A DNA stretch of 64,000 nucleotides from an uncultured Halopseudomonas sp. Lineage in GTDB: Bacteria; Pseudomonadota; Gammaproteobacteria; Pseudomonadales; Pseudomonadaceae. Positions within the stretch are counted from its first letter, which is position 1; the number at the start of each line of letters is the position of its first letter. Both the position numbers and the translations under genes were made by a program. Shown here piece after piece: positions 46,449-56,572 of this stretch. The notes beneath the pieces are model-generated. The model saw only the letters and a program-made list of their open reading frames with translations, was not told the DNA's origin and made no database searches. The DNA is taken from positions 159-64,158 of the forward strand of contig CAYYUQ010000004.1 of NCBI GenBank assembly GCA_964474945.1, read 5' to 3'.

Positions 46449-46996
46449 CCTGGGAATATCGAGCCCCCTGGGAACGTCGAGCTATCTGGGAACGTCGAGC
46501 ACCAGCTCGATGAGCATACTGGCCGGCAACCCCGCAAGTACGAGCTGGTGCTCGAACCTCCCAGAACGGTTTCGCCGGGACACTGATCCTCTGGGAGCAT
46601 CGAGCCCCTGGGAATATCGAAGCCCTTGGGAACGTCGAGCACCAGCTCGATGAGCGTACTGGTCGGCAACCCCGCAAGTACGAGCTGGTGCTCGAACCTC
46701 CCAGAACGGTTTCGCCGGGACACTGATCCTCTGGGAGCATCGAGCCCCTGGGAATATCGAAGCCCTTGGGAACGTCGAGCACCAGCTCGATGAGCGTACT
46801 GGTCGGCAACCCCGCAGGTACGAGCTGGTGCTCGAACCTCCCAGAACGGTTTCGCCGGGACACTGATCCCTCGGGAGCATCGAGCCCCTGGGAACGTCGA
46901 GCACCAGCTCGATGAAACAAGCCCCCCGTAAGCCGGACAGCATCCGGTCGCCTAATGGACGAGCTGGTGCTCGCCCCCCCAGAAGGCTGGTGCTCG
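46449..46996. repeat. Tandem array of inverted REP-like doublets (140-bp period)
   Basis: TGGGAACGTCGAGCACCAGCTCGATGA starts at 46487, 46627, 46767 and 46889, each paired with an inverted CGAGCTGGTGCTCG. About 18-bp CTGGGA...TCGAGCCCC sub-repeats are interspersed. Confidence 0.9.
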
Positions 46997-47014
46997 TCCC
47001 TCCCCCCCCGGAAG

Positions 47015-47518
47015 CTAGACCTGCACTGGCTTGGCGTTTACAACCTTGCCCTCATCCTTCGCTGCTGCGCCCAGCCAGCTGACCAGTTGCCACAGCCGTG
47101 GCGGCATCAGGTCCGAATCCAGGCTGTCGACCAGATTCTTGATCGCCAGCCCCAGATCGGTATCCCCTTCAATCACCAGACGGCGACGGAAGAACAGGGT
47201 ATCCGGATCTTCCTGACGGCTGGCCAGCAACAGAAACTCCTTCCAGTTGCCGCGGATACAGACATCCACCGGGGAATCCTTGGCCAGACGCAGGCCGATG
47301 GCGTCCCGGGTGAGGCTCCAGGCCATGCCCAGATCGCTGACTTCGATGCGCAACCAGCGCCCCTGCAACACGTCAAACTCGCCATCTTCCAGCGGCTCAG
47401 CGAACAGGCGTTTCATTGCCTGCTCGATGACCAGTTTCTGCAGACCAAAGGGAACATGCCGGCCCAATGGCAACAACGGACCGCCAGCACGCAGCACCAG
47501 ATTACCGAAATTCAACAT
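47015..47518 (-). CDS. ubiT: Anaerobic ubiquinone biosynthesis SCP2 protein
   Basis: EDPDTLFFRRRLVIEGDTDLGLAIKN; follows ubiUV. Confidence 0.92.
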   Translation of the reverse strand: MLNFGNLVLRAGGPLLPLGRHVPFGLQKLVIEQAMKRLFAEPLEDGEFDVLQGRWLRIEVSDLGMAWSLTRDAIGLRLAKDSPVDVCIRGNWKEFLLLASRQEDPDTLFFRRRLVIEGDTDLGLAIKNLVDSLDSDLMPPRLWQLVSWLGAAAKDEGKVVNAKPVQV

Positions 47519-48402
47519 AAGCCCACCTCTTCTACAGTCACCATGCCGGGCTGGCCATGCCAGTAGCCGTTACAGCCATCCAGTGCCAGCGGTGGGTTGC
47601 CACCGCGGCGTACGGTATCGAACAGCTGGACGATTTCACCCATATTCTCCGATCGCGGACTCAGCCGCAGGGCATCAATGCCCATCTTCTGCATGCGCGG
47701 GTATTCCGCCAGCAGGTTACTGACACCACCGGACATGGTCTGGATACCGTTCAGGGTAAACAGCACCTGGCCTTCCTGGGTGGTCATCGGTATGCCATCG
47801 GGGTAGTTCTGGCATATGAAACCACAATCATCCTTGGGCAGGTTTTCCGCCCGGGCAGTGAAGCACCGGGCGGAATATGCCAGCGGCAGATGTCCCCATG
47901 CAAATATCTCGATTTCCGGCAGCTCCATACCTGCTTCGCGCGATTGTTCGATCAGCGCAGCCAGCAGGTCGGCAGAGCATTCCACCGGCGGCACCCAACG
48001 GCTCATACCCCGGCTGACCAGTTCGTTCAGAGTGAAGGCGTTATAGATGTTCAATGCAGGGCCGCCGACAAACTCGATACCCTGGCTGGCCATGAACTGG
48101 ACGGCGGCCATATCATTGGCCTCGACCTTGATCTCGCCGTTCTCACACAGGCGTCGCAGACTGGACAGCTCGGAGGCCGCTTCAATCAGCGTCAGGCCAG
48201 ACAGCACGACCTCGGAACCGCTCGCCCCACGCACTTCCCTGGCCAGACCGATCCAGTCGTCCAGGGATAACGCGCGGCGTTTGGAGCAGACGGTTTCGCC
48301 CATGTAGATCACATCCAGCGGCTGCTCAGCCATGTCGGCATAGAAATCCAGGATGTGCTGGCGCTGCCAGTAGAACAGGATCGGACCCAGAGTCAGTTTC
48401 AT
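47512..48402 (-). CDS. ubiV: Anaerobic ubiquinone biosynthesis U32 protein
   Basis: MKLTLGPILFYW, YMGETVCSKR, SARCFTAR..C...C and CNGYWHG. Confidence 0.93.
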   Translation of the reverse strand: MKLTLGPILFYWQRQHILDFYADMAEQPLDVIYMGETVCSKRRALSLDDWIGLAREVRGASGSEVVLSGLTLIEAASELSSLRRLCENGEIKVEANDMAAVQFMASQGIEFVGGPALNIYNAFTLNELVSRGMSRWVPPVECSADLLAALIEQSREAGMELPEIEIFAWGHLPLAYSARCFTARAENLPKDDCGFICQNYPDGIPMTTQEGQVLFTLNGIQTMSGGVSNLLAEYPRMQKMGIDALRLSPRSENMGEIVQLFDTVRRGGNPPLALDGCNGYWHGQPGMVTVEEVGLC

Positions 48403-48412
48403 CATCAATCTC

Positions 48413-49408
48413 CTACTGCCAGGCGCGGTGATAGGCGCCCAGGGTGGTCTGGCTGCCTTCGGAAACACCGCCCAGTGCCTGCTGCCAGGCTGGCTCCACA
48501 GTGTATTGCTCCGGACTGGCCTTGTATCTGTCCAGCGCCTGGCGCCAGACGCCGGCCACCTGTTCTACATAAGCCGGACTGCGCTGACGACCTTCGATCT
48601 TCACTGCCACCACGCCGATCTCGGCCAGTTGCGGGATCAGCTCGATGGTATTCAGACTGGTTGGCTCTTCCAGCGCATGGAAGCGCTTGCCATGCACCAT
48701 GAAGCGGCCTTTGCACAGAGTCGGATAACCTGCCGCCTCGTCCGCTTCGTAACGGTCAATCAGCACGTCATTGAGCCGGGACGTCAGCCCATCCTCGTCC
48801 TCGCTCCAGCGCACCGCACTGGCTGGCGAGCAGACGCCGCACAGGTTGGGCGATTCGCCCGTAACGTAGGAAGACAGATGGCAACGCCCTTCGGCCATGA
48901 TGCACAGGCTGCCGAAAGCAAAAACCTCCACCGGTACCGGGCTGGAGGATGCGACCTGGCGTACCTGATTGAGCGACAGCACCCGCGGCAGCACCGTGCG
49001 GCGGATACCGTACTGTTCATGGTAGAAGCGCAGTGCCGCAGCATTGGTTGCCGAACCCTGTACCGACAGGTGCAGCGCCAGGTTGGGGTATTTTCTGGCG
49101 GTATATGCCAACACACCGGGGTCAGCTGCAATCAGCGCGTCCGCACCCAGGTCAGCGGCGCGATCCACCGCCCGCTGCCAGCGCGACCAGCCATCCGGCA
49201 GGGCGTAGGTATTGACGGCAATGAACAGCTGGCGCCGCTCCTTACGGATCAGCTCCAGACCGCTTTCCAGCTGCTTGTCAGTGAAATTAAGGCCGGCAAA
49301 ATGGCGGGCATTGGTATCGTCACGAAAGCCGGTATAAATGGCGTCAGCACCCTGACGCACCGCGGCCTTGAGAGCAGGCAGGCTGCCTGCGGGACAGACC
49401 AGTTGCAT
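48413..49408 (-). CDS. ubiU: Anaerobic ubiquinone biosynthesis U32 protein
   Basis: MQLVCPAG, TNARHFAG, GSLCIMAEGRC, GVCSP, PTLCKGRF and KIEGRQRSP. Confidence 0.95.
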   Translation of the reverse strand: MQLVCPAGSLPALKAAVRQGADAIYTGFRDDTNARHFAGLNFTDKQLESGLELIRKERRQLFIAVNTYALPDGWSRWQRAVDRAADLGADALIAADPGVLAYTARKYPNLALHLSVQGSATNAAALRFYHEQYGIRRTVLPRVLSLNQVRQVASSSPVPVEVFAFGSLCIMAEGRCHLSSYVTGESPNLCGVCSPASAVRWSEDEDGLTSRLNDVLIDRYEADEAAGYPTLCKGRFMVHGKRFHALEEPTSLNTIELIPQLAEIGVVAVKIEGRQRSPAYVEQVAGVWRQALDRYKASPEQYTVEPAWQQALGGVSEGSQTTLGAYHRAWQ

Positions 49409-49467
49409 GGTAACTCCCTATGATCAACGTCAGTCAGAGACTGTGCGCCGAGTGGCCCCAAAGGTCA

Positions 49468-49481
49468 TTGATCAAGGTCAA
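49468..49481 (-). promoter_or_regulatory. Anr/FNR box upstream of ubiUVT
   Basis: TTGAT-CAAG-GTCAA, 60 bp upstream of ubiU. Confidence 0.8.
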
Positions 49482-49586
49482 GGGGAGAGCGCTATCCGGC
49501 GCGGCAGAGCGGGACGAGAAAGAAGGCCGGGGGGGGCACCCCGGCCATCGGGATTGCGTACAGCACACCTATCAACGCCCCGAAGG

Positions 49587-50846
49587 TCAGCTTTGACGCA
49601 GTACATCGGCTGGCGTCAGATAGTCGCTGCTGCTGCCCCGCCGATCCTGGGTGCCATCGATTTCCAGCCGGGCGATGCTGCGCAGATGCACTTCATCCGG
49701 GCCGTCGGCGATGCGCAGGCAGCGAGAACTGATCCACAGATCAGCCAGCGGCGTATCCGGCGTCAGGCCCATGGCACCAAACACCTGCATGGCGCGATCC
49801 ACCACCTTGTTCAACATGCCAGGTACCACCGCCTTGATCATGGCGATCTCCTTGCGGGCACCCTTGGCGCCCTCGTTGTCGATCATCCATGCGGTCTTCA
49901 GCACCAGCAGACGGGCCTGTTCAATCTCCATCCGCGAACGGGCGATCCATTCGGAAATGCTGCCGTGTTGATGCAGATAGCGACCAAAGGTCTTGCGCTC
50001 CTGGGCACGATCCACCATCAACTCCAGCGCCAATTCAGCCATGCCAATGGCACGCATGCAGTGGTGTACCCGGCCTGGCCCGAGACGCGCCTGGGCCATC
50101 ATGAAGCCATCGCCCTCGCCTCCCAGCAGATTGCTTGCCGGTACGCGCACGTTACGGAATACCAGCTCACTGTGGCCTTCCGGAGCGATGTGATGCATGA
50201 CCGGAATATTGCGTACCAACTCCACGCCCGGTGTATCAAAGGGCACGATGACCATGCTCTGCTGACGGCGGCCATCACCCTCCGGGTCGGTCTTGCCCAT
50301 CACGATCAGGAAAGCGCAATCGGGGTGCGATGCATTGGTGATAAACCATTTCCGCCCGTTGATGACGTACTCGTCGCCTTCCCGGCGGATCAGCGTCTGG
50401 ATATTGCTCGCATCGGACGAAGCCACATCCGGTTCGGTCATGGCAAAAGCCGAACGGATCTCGCCGTTGAGCAGCGGGTTCAGCCAGCGTTCGCGCTGCT
50501 GCTCGGTGGCGAACATGTGCAACAGCTCCATGTTGCCGGTATCCGGTGCGTTGCAATTGAAGACTTCCGATGCCCAGCTGACCCGACCCATGATCTCCGC
50601 CAGCGGCGCATATTCAATGTTGCTCAGACCTTGGCCAGGCTCGTCAGCGCGCAACGACGGCAGAAATAGATTCCATAGCCCCTCCTCCTTGGCCAGGGCT
50701 TTCAGGTCAGCCATGAAGGATACCGGAAAGGCGCCGGCCGCCACCTCGCGCTGCCACTGCCCCAGCCGCGGAACGATGTGTTGGTCAAGAAAGTCGCGCA
50801 CCTGCTGGCGCAGCGCTTCGGTTCGAGGGCTATAGGCAAAATCCAT
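49587..50846 (-). CDS. Acyl-CoA dehydrogenase (ACAD10/11-like)
   Basis: NCNAPDTGNME, AMTEPDVASSDA, GRKWFIT, RLGPGRVHHCMR and RIADGPDEVH. Confidence 0.92.
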   Translation of the reverse strand: MDFAYSPRTEALRQQVRDFLDQHIVPRLGQWQREVAAGAFPVSFMADLKALAKEEGLWNLFLPSLRADEPGQGLSNIEYAPLAEIMGRVSWASEVFNCNAPDTGNMELLHMFATEQQRERWLNPLLNGEIRSAFAMTEPDVASSDASNIQTLIRREGDEYVINGRKWFITNASHPDCAFLIVMGKTDPEGDGRRQQSMVIVPFDTPGVELVRNIPVMHHIAPEGHSELVFRNVRVPASNLLGGEGDGFMMAQARLGPGRVHHCMRAIGMAELALELMVDRAQERKTFGRYLHQHGSISEWIARSRMEIEQARLLVLKTAWMIDNEGAKGARKEIAMIKAVVPGMLNKVVDRAMQVFGAMGLTPDTPLADLWISSRCLRIADGPDEVHLRSIARLEIDGTQDRRGSSSDYLTPADVLRQS

Positions 50847-50987
50847 GGTCAGCTCCTGAGCAAAGTGAGTACCCGATATTCATGAAACCAACATATGTCG
50901 GGCTTACTCTCAAGCCTAGGACTGCGTTAACATTCTGGCTATCTTGTATCAGGGCCTGAATCGATAGTATTCACCGGCCGAATACTA

Positions 50988-51007
50988 AAATTGATCTGAA
51001 TCAATTT
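50988..51007. promoter_or_regulatory. Perfect Anr/FNR box between the acyl-CoA dehydrogenase gene and ahpC
   Basis: AAATTGAT-CTGA-ATCAATTT; a minus-strand TACTAT -10 at 50964-50969 fits class II spacing. Confidence 0.8.
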
Positions 51008-51045
51008 AAGTGATTCAGGTTGGATTATCCGCCAGCGACCCTCAT

Positions 51046-51082
51046 ATAGGTAAAAGCTATCTTGGGTTTAGGCTAAATTTAT
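51046..51082 (+). promoter_or_regulatory. OxyR binding site for ahpCF
   Basis: ATAG-N7-CTAT-N7-TTAG-N7-TTAT versus the consensus ATAG-N7-CTAT-N7-ATAG-N7-CTAT. Confidence 0.8.
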
Positions 51083-51151
51083 TTTAAATATACCAACCGC
51101 AGCCCTATTATAGGCACTGTTCCCAACCCCAAAGCTCATAAGGAGTCTTCA

Positions 51152-51715
51152 ATGTCCGTTATCAATACCGAAATCAAGCCGTTTACCGCTCAAGCGTTCA
51201 AGAATGGCGAGTTCATCACTGTTTCTGACACCGACGTGAAAGGCAAGTGGGCTGTATTCTTCTTCTATCCGGCCGACTTCACCTTCGTTTGCCCGACTGA
51301 GCTGGGTGACGTTGCTGACCATTACGAAGAGCTGCAAAAGCTGGGCGTAGAAGTGTACTCCGTATCCACTGATACCCACTTCACCCACAAAGCATGGCAC
51401 GACAGCTCAGAGACCATCGGCAAGATCAAGTACACCATGATCGGCGACCCGACCATGCAGATCAGCCGCAACTTTGAAATCCTGCGTGAAGCTGAAGGTC
51501 TGGCTAACCGCGGTACCTTCATCGTTGACCCTGAAGGTATGATCCAGGCTGTAGAGATCACCGCTGAAGGTATCGGCCGTAACGCTGCTGACCTGCTGCG
51601 CAAGATCAAAGCTGCCCAGTATGTTGCTACCCACCCAGGTGAAGTTTGCCCGGCCAAGTGGGAAGAAGGCGAAGCCACTCTGGCTCCTTCGCTGGATCTG
51701 GTCGGCAAGATCTAA
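51152..51715 (+). CDS. ahpC: Alkyl hydroperoxide reductase C
   Basis: [21 protein letters not shown] and SLDLVGKI. Confidence 0.98.
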   Translation: MSVINTEIKPFTAQAFKNGEFITVSDTDVKGKWAVFFFYPADFTFVCPTELGDVADHYEELQKLGVEVYSVSTDTHFTHKAWHDSSETIGKIKYTMIGDPTMQISRNFEILREAEGLANRGTFIVDPEGMIQAVEITAEGIGRNAADLLRKIKAAQYVATHPGEVCPAKWEEGEATLAPSLDLVGKI

Positions 51716-51727
51716 GACCGTGTACAG

Positions 51728-51777
51728 AACCCAGCCCGCTGCGGCGCTCTGCGTCCAGTCGGCGGGCTGGGTTTTTT
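51728..51777 (+). terminator. Terminator-like hairpin between ahpC and ahpF
   Basis: AACCCAGCCCGC...GCGGGCTGGGTT followed by TTTT. Confidence 0.7.
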
Positions 51778-51826
51778 ATATCCAGCATTTACCCAATCCA
51801 CCCATTTTCCACAGGACACGCACACT

Positions 51827-53407
51827 ATGTTGGACGCCAACCTCAAGAAGCAACTGGACACGTACCTGCAGAACATCGTCAAGCCGATCGAAATCAGCGT
51901 GTCCGCAGACGACAGCCCCAAGGGCAAAGAATTACATGAGCTCGCGGTCGAAATTTCCGAAATGTCGAGCAAGATCGGACTGGTTGCCGTAGAAAACCAG
52001 CGTACCCCGAGCATGGCTATCGCCGAAGCAGGCCAGAGCCCACGCGTACGTTTTGCCGGCATTCCGATGGGCCATGAGTTCACTTCTCTGGTTCTGGCTC
52101 TGCTGCAGGCTGGCGGTCATCCCTCCAAGGCTGACCCCGCTCTGCTGGAACAGATCCGCAACCTGGAAGGCAAGTTCCACTTTGAGACCTATATCTCCCT
52201 GTCCTGCCAGAACTGCCCGGACGTGGTACAGGCATTGAACCTGATGTCCACGCTGAACCCGAACATCACCCACGTGATGATCGACGGTGCGCTGTTCAAG
52301 GATGAGGTCGAGAGCCGCCAGATCATGGCTGTGCCCACCGTGTTCCTGAATGGTGAACACTTCGGTCAGGGCCGCATGACACTGTCCGAGATCGTCAACA
52401 AGGTCGATAGCGGCGCCGCCGAGCGCAAGGCGGCAGAACTGAATGACAAGGCCCCCTACGAAGTACTGATCGTAGGCGGTGGCCCAGCCGGTGCCGCATC
52501 AGCCATCTACTCTGCTCGTAAGGGCATACGTACCGGCCTGGTCGCTGAGCGTTTCGGCGGCCAGGTAATGGATACCGTTGGCATCGAGAACTTCATCTCC
52601 GTGCCCTACACCGAAGGCCCGAAACTGGTCGGCAGTATGGAGCAGCACGTCAAGGAATATGACGTGGATGTGATCACCGAGCAGACCGCAGCCAAACTGA
52701 CCAGTAATGGTCTGGTTGAAATTGTGCTGGCCAGTGGCGCGACCCTGCGCAGCAAATTAGTGATCCTGGCTACCGGCGCGCGCTGGAGAGAAATGAATGT
52801 GCCCGGCGAGCAGGAATACCGCGGCAAGGGCGTAGCCTACTGCCCGCACTGCGACGGCCCGCTGTTCAAGGGCAAGCGTGTTGCGGTAATTGGCGGTGGC
52901 AACTCCGGCATCGAGGCAGCCATCGACCTGGCCGGCATCGTTGAACATGTGACCGTGCTTGAGTTCGGCGACACCCTGCGGGCTGATGAGGTTCTGCAGC
53001 GCAAGGCGCGCTCCATGCCGAACGTGAAAATCATCATGAACGCAGCCACCAGCGAAGTACGTGGCGACGGCAACAAGGTCGTGGGCCTGACCTACAACGA
53101 CCGGGTAAGTGGTGAAACCCATCAGGTTGATGTGGCCGGTATCTTTGTCCAGATCGGTCTGGTGCCCAATACCGACTGGCTGAAGGACAGTGAGGTCAAG
53201 CTGACCCGATTCGGCGAGATTGAAATCGACGCTCGCGGTGCCACCTCAGTGCCCGGCGTATTCGCTGCTGGCGACGTCACCACGGTGCCGTTCAAGCAGA
53301 TCGTGATCTCCATGGGTTCAGGGGCCACGGCATCGCTGGCGGCCTTTGATTACCTGATCCGCACCTCGGACACCACCGAGGAGGTCAAGGAAACGGCAAG
53401 CGCCTGA
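51827..53407 (+). CDS. ahpF: Alkyl hydroperoxide reductase F
   Basis: [21 protein letters not shown] and GGGNSG. Confidence 0.98.
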   Translation: MLDANLKKQLDTYLQNIVKPIEISVSADDSPKGKELHELAVEISEMSSKIGLVAVENQRTPSMAIAEAGQSPRVRFAGIPMGHEFTSLVLALLQAGGHPSKADPALLEQIRNLEGKFHFETYISLSCQNCPDVVQALNLMSTLNPNITHVMIDGALFKDEVESRQIMAVPTVFLNGEHFGQGRMTLSEIVNKVDSGAAERKAAELNDKAPYEVLIVGGGPAGAASAIYSARKGIRTGLVAERFGGQVMDTVGIENFISVPYTEGPKLVGSMEQHVKEYDVDVITEQTAAKLTSNGLVEIVLASGATLRSKLVILATGARWREMNVPGEQEYRGKGVAYCPHCDGPLFKGKRVAVIGGGNSGIEAAIDLAGIVEHVTVLEFGDTLRADEVLQRKARSMPNVKIIMNAATSEVRGDGNKVVGLTYNDRVSGETHQVDVAGIFVQIGLVPNTDWLKDSEVKLTRFGEIEIDARGATSVPGVFAAGDVTTVPFKQIVISMGSGATASLAAFDYLIRTSDTTEEVKETASA

Positions 53408-53425
53408 TTCCTGACCGGATGTAAA

Positions 53426-53455
53426 CAGCAACCGCATCCCTGGATGCGGTTGTTG
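53426..53455. terminator. Terminator hairpin after ahpF
   Basis: CAGCAACCGCATCC / GGATGCGGTTGTTG. Confidence 0.7.
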
Positions 53456-53472
53456 CGTTAGGCACGGAGAAC

Positions 53473-54960
53473 CTACTTGCGTCCAGTCAGCGATCCCAAC
53501 AGGCCTCGAGCCAGTTCCCGCCCGATCTGCCGCGCCAGGGTCTGAACCGCAGAGCGCACCGTGGTATTGATCACCCCATCGGTAAAACTCTTTTCCTGAG
53601 CACCCTTGCGACCGGTACGGGAAGATGCCTTGTTCGTCTGCTCCTGTTCCTGCTCTGCCTGCGCCTGCTTGGCGGCCTGCTCTGCACGCTGGGCCAGGAT
53701 CTCATAAGCGGACTCCCGATCAATACCTCGCTCGTAACGACCAGCCAGCGGTGAGGCCTGAAACAATGCCGTACGCTCAGCTTCACTCAATATCCCAATG
53801 CGTGAGCGCGGCGGAGCCATCAGGGTACGCTCGACCACCGAGGGCCGGCCCTTCTCATCCAGCACGCTGACCAATGCTTCACCAACCGCCAGTTCGGTCA
53901 GCACCTCTCGGGTATCAAAGGCCGGATTGCTGCGGAAGCCATCAGCCACCGCTCTGAGTGCCTTCTGCTCCTTGGGAGTGTAGGCGCGCAAGGCGTGTTG
54001 AATGCGCAAACCCAGCTGAGCCAATACCGCATCGGGGACATCGCTCGGCGATTGGGTCACCAGAAACACACCCACCCCTTTGGAACGGATCAGCCGCACC
54101 ACCTGCTCAATCCGCTCATGCAATACTTTCGGCGTACGATCAAACAGCAGGTGCGCCTCGTCGAAAAAGAGCACCAGCCGAGGCTTGTCCGCATCGCCCT
54201 GCTCCGGTAACTGTTCATATAGTTCGGATAACAGCCATAACAGAAAGCTGGCATACACCCGAGGTGATTCCTGGATCAGCTTGCCTGCTTCCAGCAGATG
54301 GATATGCGCCCGACCGAACAGGTCACGCTGCATCAGATCCGCCAATTGCAGTGCCGGCTCGCCGAACAGGCGTTCGGCGCCCTGCTGCTGCAGAATCACC
54401 AGACGCCGTTGAATGGCCTGAATACTGGCGGTGGACGTCCCCGCGCTGACGCTGTTCAATTCCTGCGGATGGCGTAGCAGCCAAGCCATCAACGCGTTCA
54501 GATCCTTCATGTCCAACAGCAACAGGCCCTGCTGGTCAGCCCAGGCGAAGATGCTATAGAGCGCCGCCAGTTGATTGTCATTCAGATCCAGCAGACTGGC
54601 CAACAGCAACGGGCCCATTTCGCTGATAGTGGTGCGTAGCGGGTGGCCACGGTCGCTGAAAATATCCCAGAACACCACAGGTACCGAGGCCGGCTGCCAT
54701 TCCAGTCCCGGCATCTGCGCCAACCGCTCCTCTATCGCAGGGGACGCTGCCGCTGCCATGGCGACACCGGACAGGTCACCCTTGATGTCAGCAGCAAATA
54801 CCGGCACACCGGCGTTGGCAAAGCCCTCCGCCAATACCTGGAGCGTGACCGTCTTGCCGGTACCGGTGGCACCGGCAATCAAGCCGTGCCGATTACACAT
54901 GCGCAGCGGCTGGGCAATCAGCCGTCCGTCGCTACCGCCCAACTGCAAAAATGGACTCAT
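53473..54960 (-). CDS. DUF853/YjgR HerA-like P-loop ATPase
   Basis: NRHGLIAGATGTGKT, DIKGDLSG, FFDEAHLLF and RLIRSKGVG. Confidence 0.88.
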   Translation of the reverse strand: MSPFLQLGGSDGRLIAQPLRMCNRHGLIAGATGTGKTVTLQVLAEGFANAGVPVFAADIKGDLSGVAMAAAASPAIEERLAQMPGLEWQPASVPVVFWDIFSDRGHPLRTTISEMGPLLLASLLDLNDNQLAALYSIFAWADQQGLLLLDMKDLNALMAWLLRHPQELNSVSAGTSTASIQAIQRRLVILQQQGAERLFGEPALQLADLMQRDLFGRAHIHLLEAGKLIQESPRVYASFLLWLLSELYEQLPEQGDADKPRLVLFFDEAHLLFDRTPKVLHERIEQVVRLIRSKGVGVFLVTQSPSDVPDAVLAQLGLRIQHALRAYTPKEQKALRAVADGFRSNPAFDTREVLTELAVGEALVSVLDEKGRPSVVERTLMAPPRSRIGILSEAERTALFQASPLAGRYERGIDRESAYEILAQRAEQAAKQAQAEQEQEQTNKASSRTGRKGAQEKSFTDGVINTTVRSAVQTLARQIGRELARGLLGSLTGRK

Positions 54961-55000
54961 GCCTGAGCTTCCCTGTTGTGCGCCAGTGGCTGACGCTGAC

Positions 55001-55420
55001 TCAACGTCGCTTCGGGGCGCCATGATCGTTATAGGTTTTCAACGCCTGCAGAATATCCCGGCGGCTTATCTGCCCGACCAGCCGACCTTCTTCTATCACC
55101 GGCAGACGACGCCGCGCCCGTGCCACGAAATGCTCTGCCGCCTTGAGAATATCAGCGTCAGCCTCAATGGTTTCAACGACGCTGCTCATCAGCGACGCCA
55201 CGGTGCCACAGCTTTCTTCAAAGTAAGCGCCGCTCAGAATGCCCTGCAAGCAGTCGCTTTCTGATAACACGCCAACCAGTTTACCCCGGGCATCGACAAC
55301 AGGAGCCCCGGAAATACGGTGCTCCAGCAAAATATCAATAGCCTTGAACAGGTGGGTATCGGGAGTCAGGGTGACTGCCTCCCTATCCATGTAGTCGCGC
55401 ACTTTGATTGACCTGAACAT
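55001..55420 (-). CDS. CBS domain pair protein
   Basis: ISGAPVVD..G.LVG.LSESD and RRLPV....LVGQISRRD. Confidence 0.9.
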   Translation of the reverse strand: MFRSIKVRDYMDREAVTLTPDTHLFKAIDILLEHRISGAPVVDARGKLVGVLSESDCLQGILSGAYFEESCGTVASLMSSVVETIEADADILKAAEHFVARARRRLPVIEEGRLVGQISRRDILQALKTYNDHGAPKRR

Positions 55421-55473
55421 ACCGCGTCGCTCCCCTGAATTACCAACCGGGTAGGCATACCGCTCTGTATAAT

Positions 55474-56325
55474 TTAGCCAAACACCACGGTCTTGTTATC
55501 GTGAACCAGAACCCTGTCTTCCAAGTGATAGCGCAATCCGCGGGAAAGCACCATTTTTTCCACGTCCTTACCGAGCCGTACCATGTCTTCGGCATTATCC
55601 CGATGACTGATACGAACAACGTCCTGTTCAATAATCGGGCCGGCATCCAACTCTTCGGTAACATAATGACAAGTCGCACCGATCAATTTCACGCCACGGA
55701 TCGCGGCCTGATGATACGGACGAGCACCGACAAAAGATGGCAGGAAACTATGATGGATATTGATTACCCGGCCAGCATATTGTTCACATAAGCTGCTCGG
55801 CAAGATCTGCATATAACGCGCCAGCACAATACAGTCAGCTTGTTGCTCCTGAACCAATCGGGTTACTTCATCAAATGCAGACGTCTTGTCTTTTGCATCA
55901 ACGGGTACGTGATGAAAAGGAATACCGTGCCATTCCACCATGCTGCGCAAGTCGTCATGATTGGAAATGACGCTGGTTATTTCACAATCCAGTTCGCCGC
56001 TATGAAAACGGTGCAGCAGATCAGCCAGACAGTGCGACTCACGGCTGGCCATCAAAACCACCTTCTTGCGCTGTGCCGAATCACTTACACGCCATTCCAT
56101 GCCAAACTCATTGGCGATAGGTGCAAATACGGTACGCAGACCATCCGCATCAAAGGGTAGCGAATCAGCCCGGATTTCATGGCGCATAAAAAACCAACCG
56201 GACAGATTATCCGAATGGTGACTGGCTTCGGTAATCCAGCCGTTATAGGTTGCCAGCAGATTACTGACCTTGGACACAATCCCCACGCGGTCGGGGCAAG
56301 CAATTACCAGGCGAAAGGTACGCAT
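55474..56325 (-). CDS. purU: Formyltetrahydrofolate deformylase
   Basis: ACT domain CPDRVGIV, LARYMQ, NIHHSFLP and LDAGPIIEQ. Confidence 0.96.
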   Translation of the reverse strand: MRTFRLVIACPDRVGIVSKVSNLLATYNGWITEASHHSDNLSGWFFMRHEIRADSLPFDADGLRTVFAPIANEFGMEWRVSDSAQRKKVVLMASRESHCLADLLHRFHSGELDCEITSVISNHDDLRSMVEWHGIPFHHVPVDAKDKTSAFDEVTRLVQEQQADCIVLARYMQILPSSLCEQYAGRVINIHHSFLPSFVGARPYHQAAIRGVKLIGATCHYVTEELDAGPIIEQDVVRISHRDNAEDMVRLGKDVEKMVLSRGLRYHLEDRVLVHDNKTVVFG

Positions 56326-56572
56326 CAAATCAACTCCAGAGGTGCGTGGTGTTTCTGTGAAGGCTCGTCGTCTTCCTGCGAGCCAGAGGCAGTTCGAAAG
56401 CTGCACATTCTACTCTGACCGCAGGAAAATTTCAGCAGCAACGCCCGTAACAGTCGGCAGCAAACTGTGTAATTCCAGTTGCGTTTCGTTACTTAACTTC
56501 CTTGCGCAAGTATAGAAACATAAACTATTATTAACGCCACCATTCAAACACCATTTAACGAGGGAAGTTACC

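Noticed and set aside
46288..46943. ORFs across the repeat (46288+, 46340-, 46396-, 46482-)
   Set aside because: They are translations of the DNA repeat in several frames with no RBS or recognisable domain.
46449..46996. CRISPR array
   Set aside because: The sequences between repeats are near-identical rather than unique spacers, the period is 140 bp, the repeats occur as inverted pairs, and no cas genes are present.
49368..50669. 433-aa plus-strand ORF
   Set aside because: It is antisense to the acyl-CoA dehydrogenase gene.
53473..54960. HerA-like ATPase as an anti-phage system
   Set aside because: It matches the common stand-alone DUF853/YjgR family and has no Sir2, NurA or other nuclease partner next to it.
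55474..56572. Relatively AT-rich stretch as horizontally acquired DNA
   Set aside because: It holds the core purU gene and the mvaT promoter in conserved synteny, with no mobility genes.
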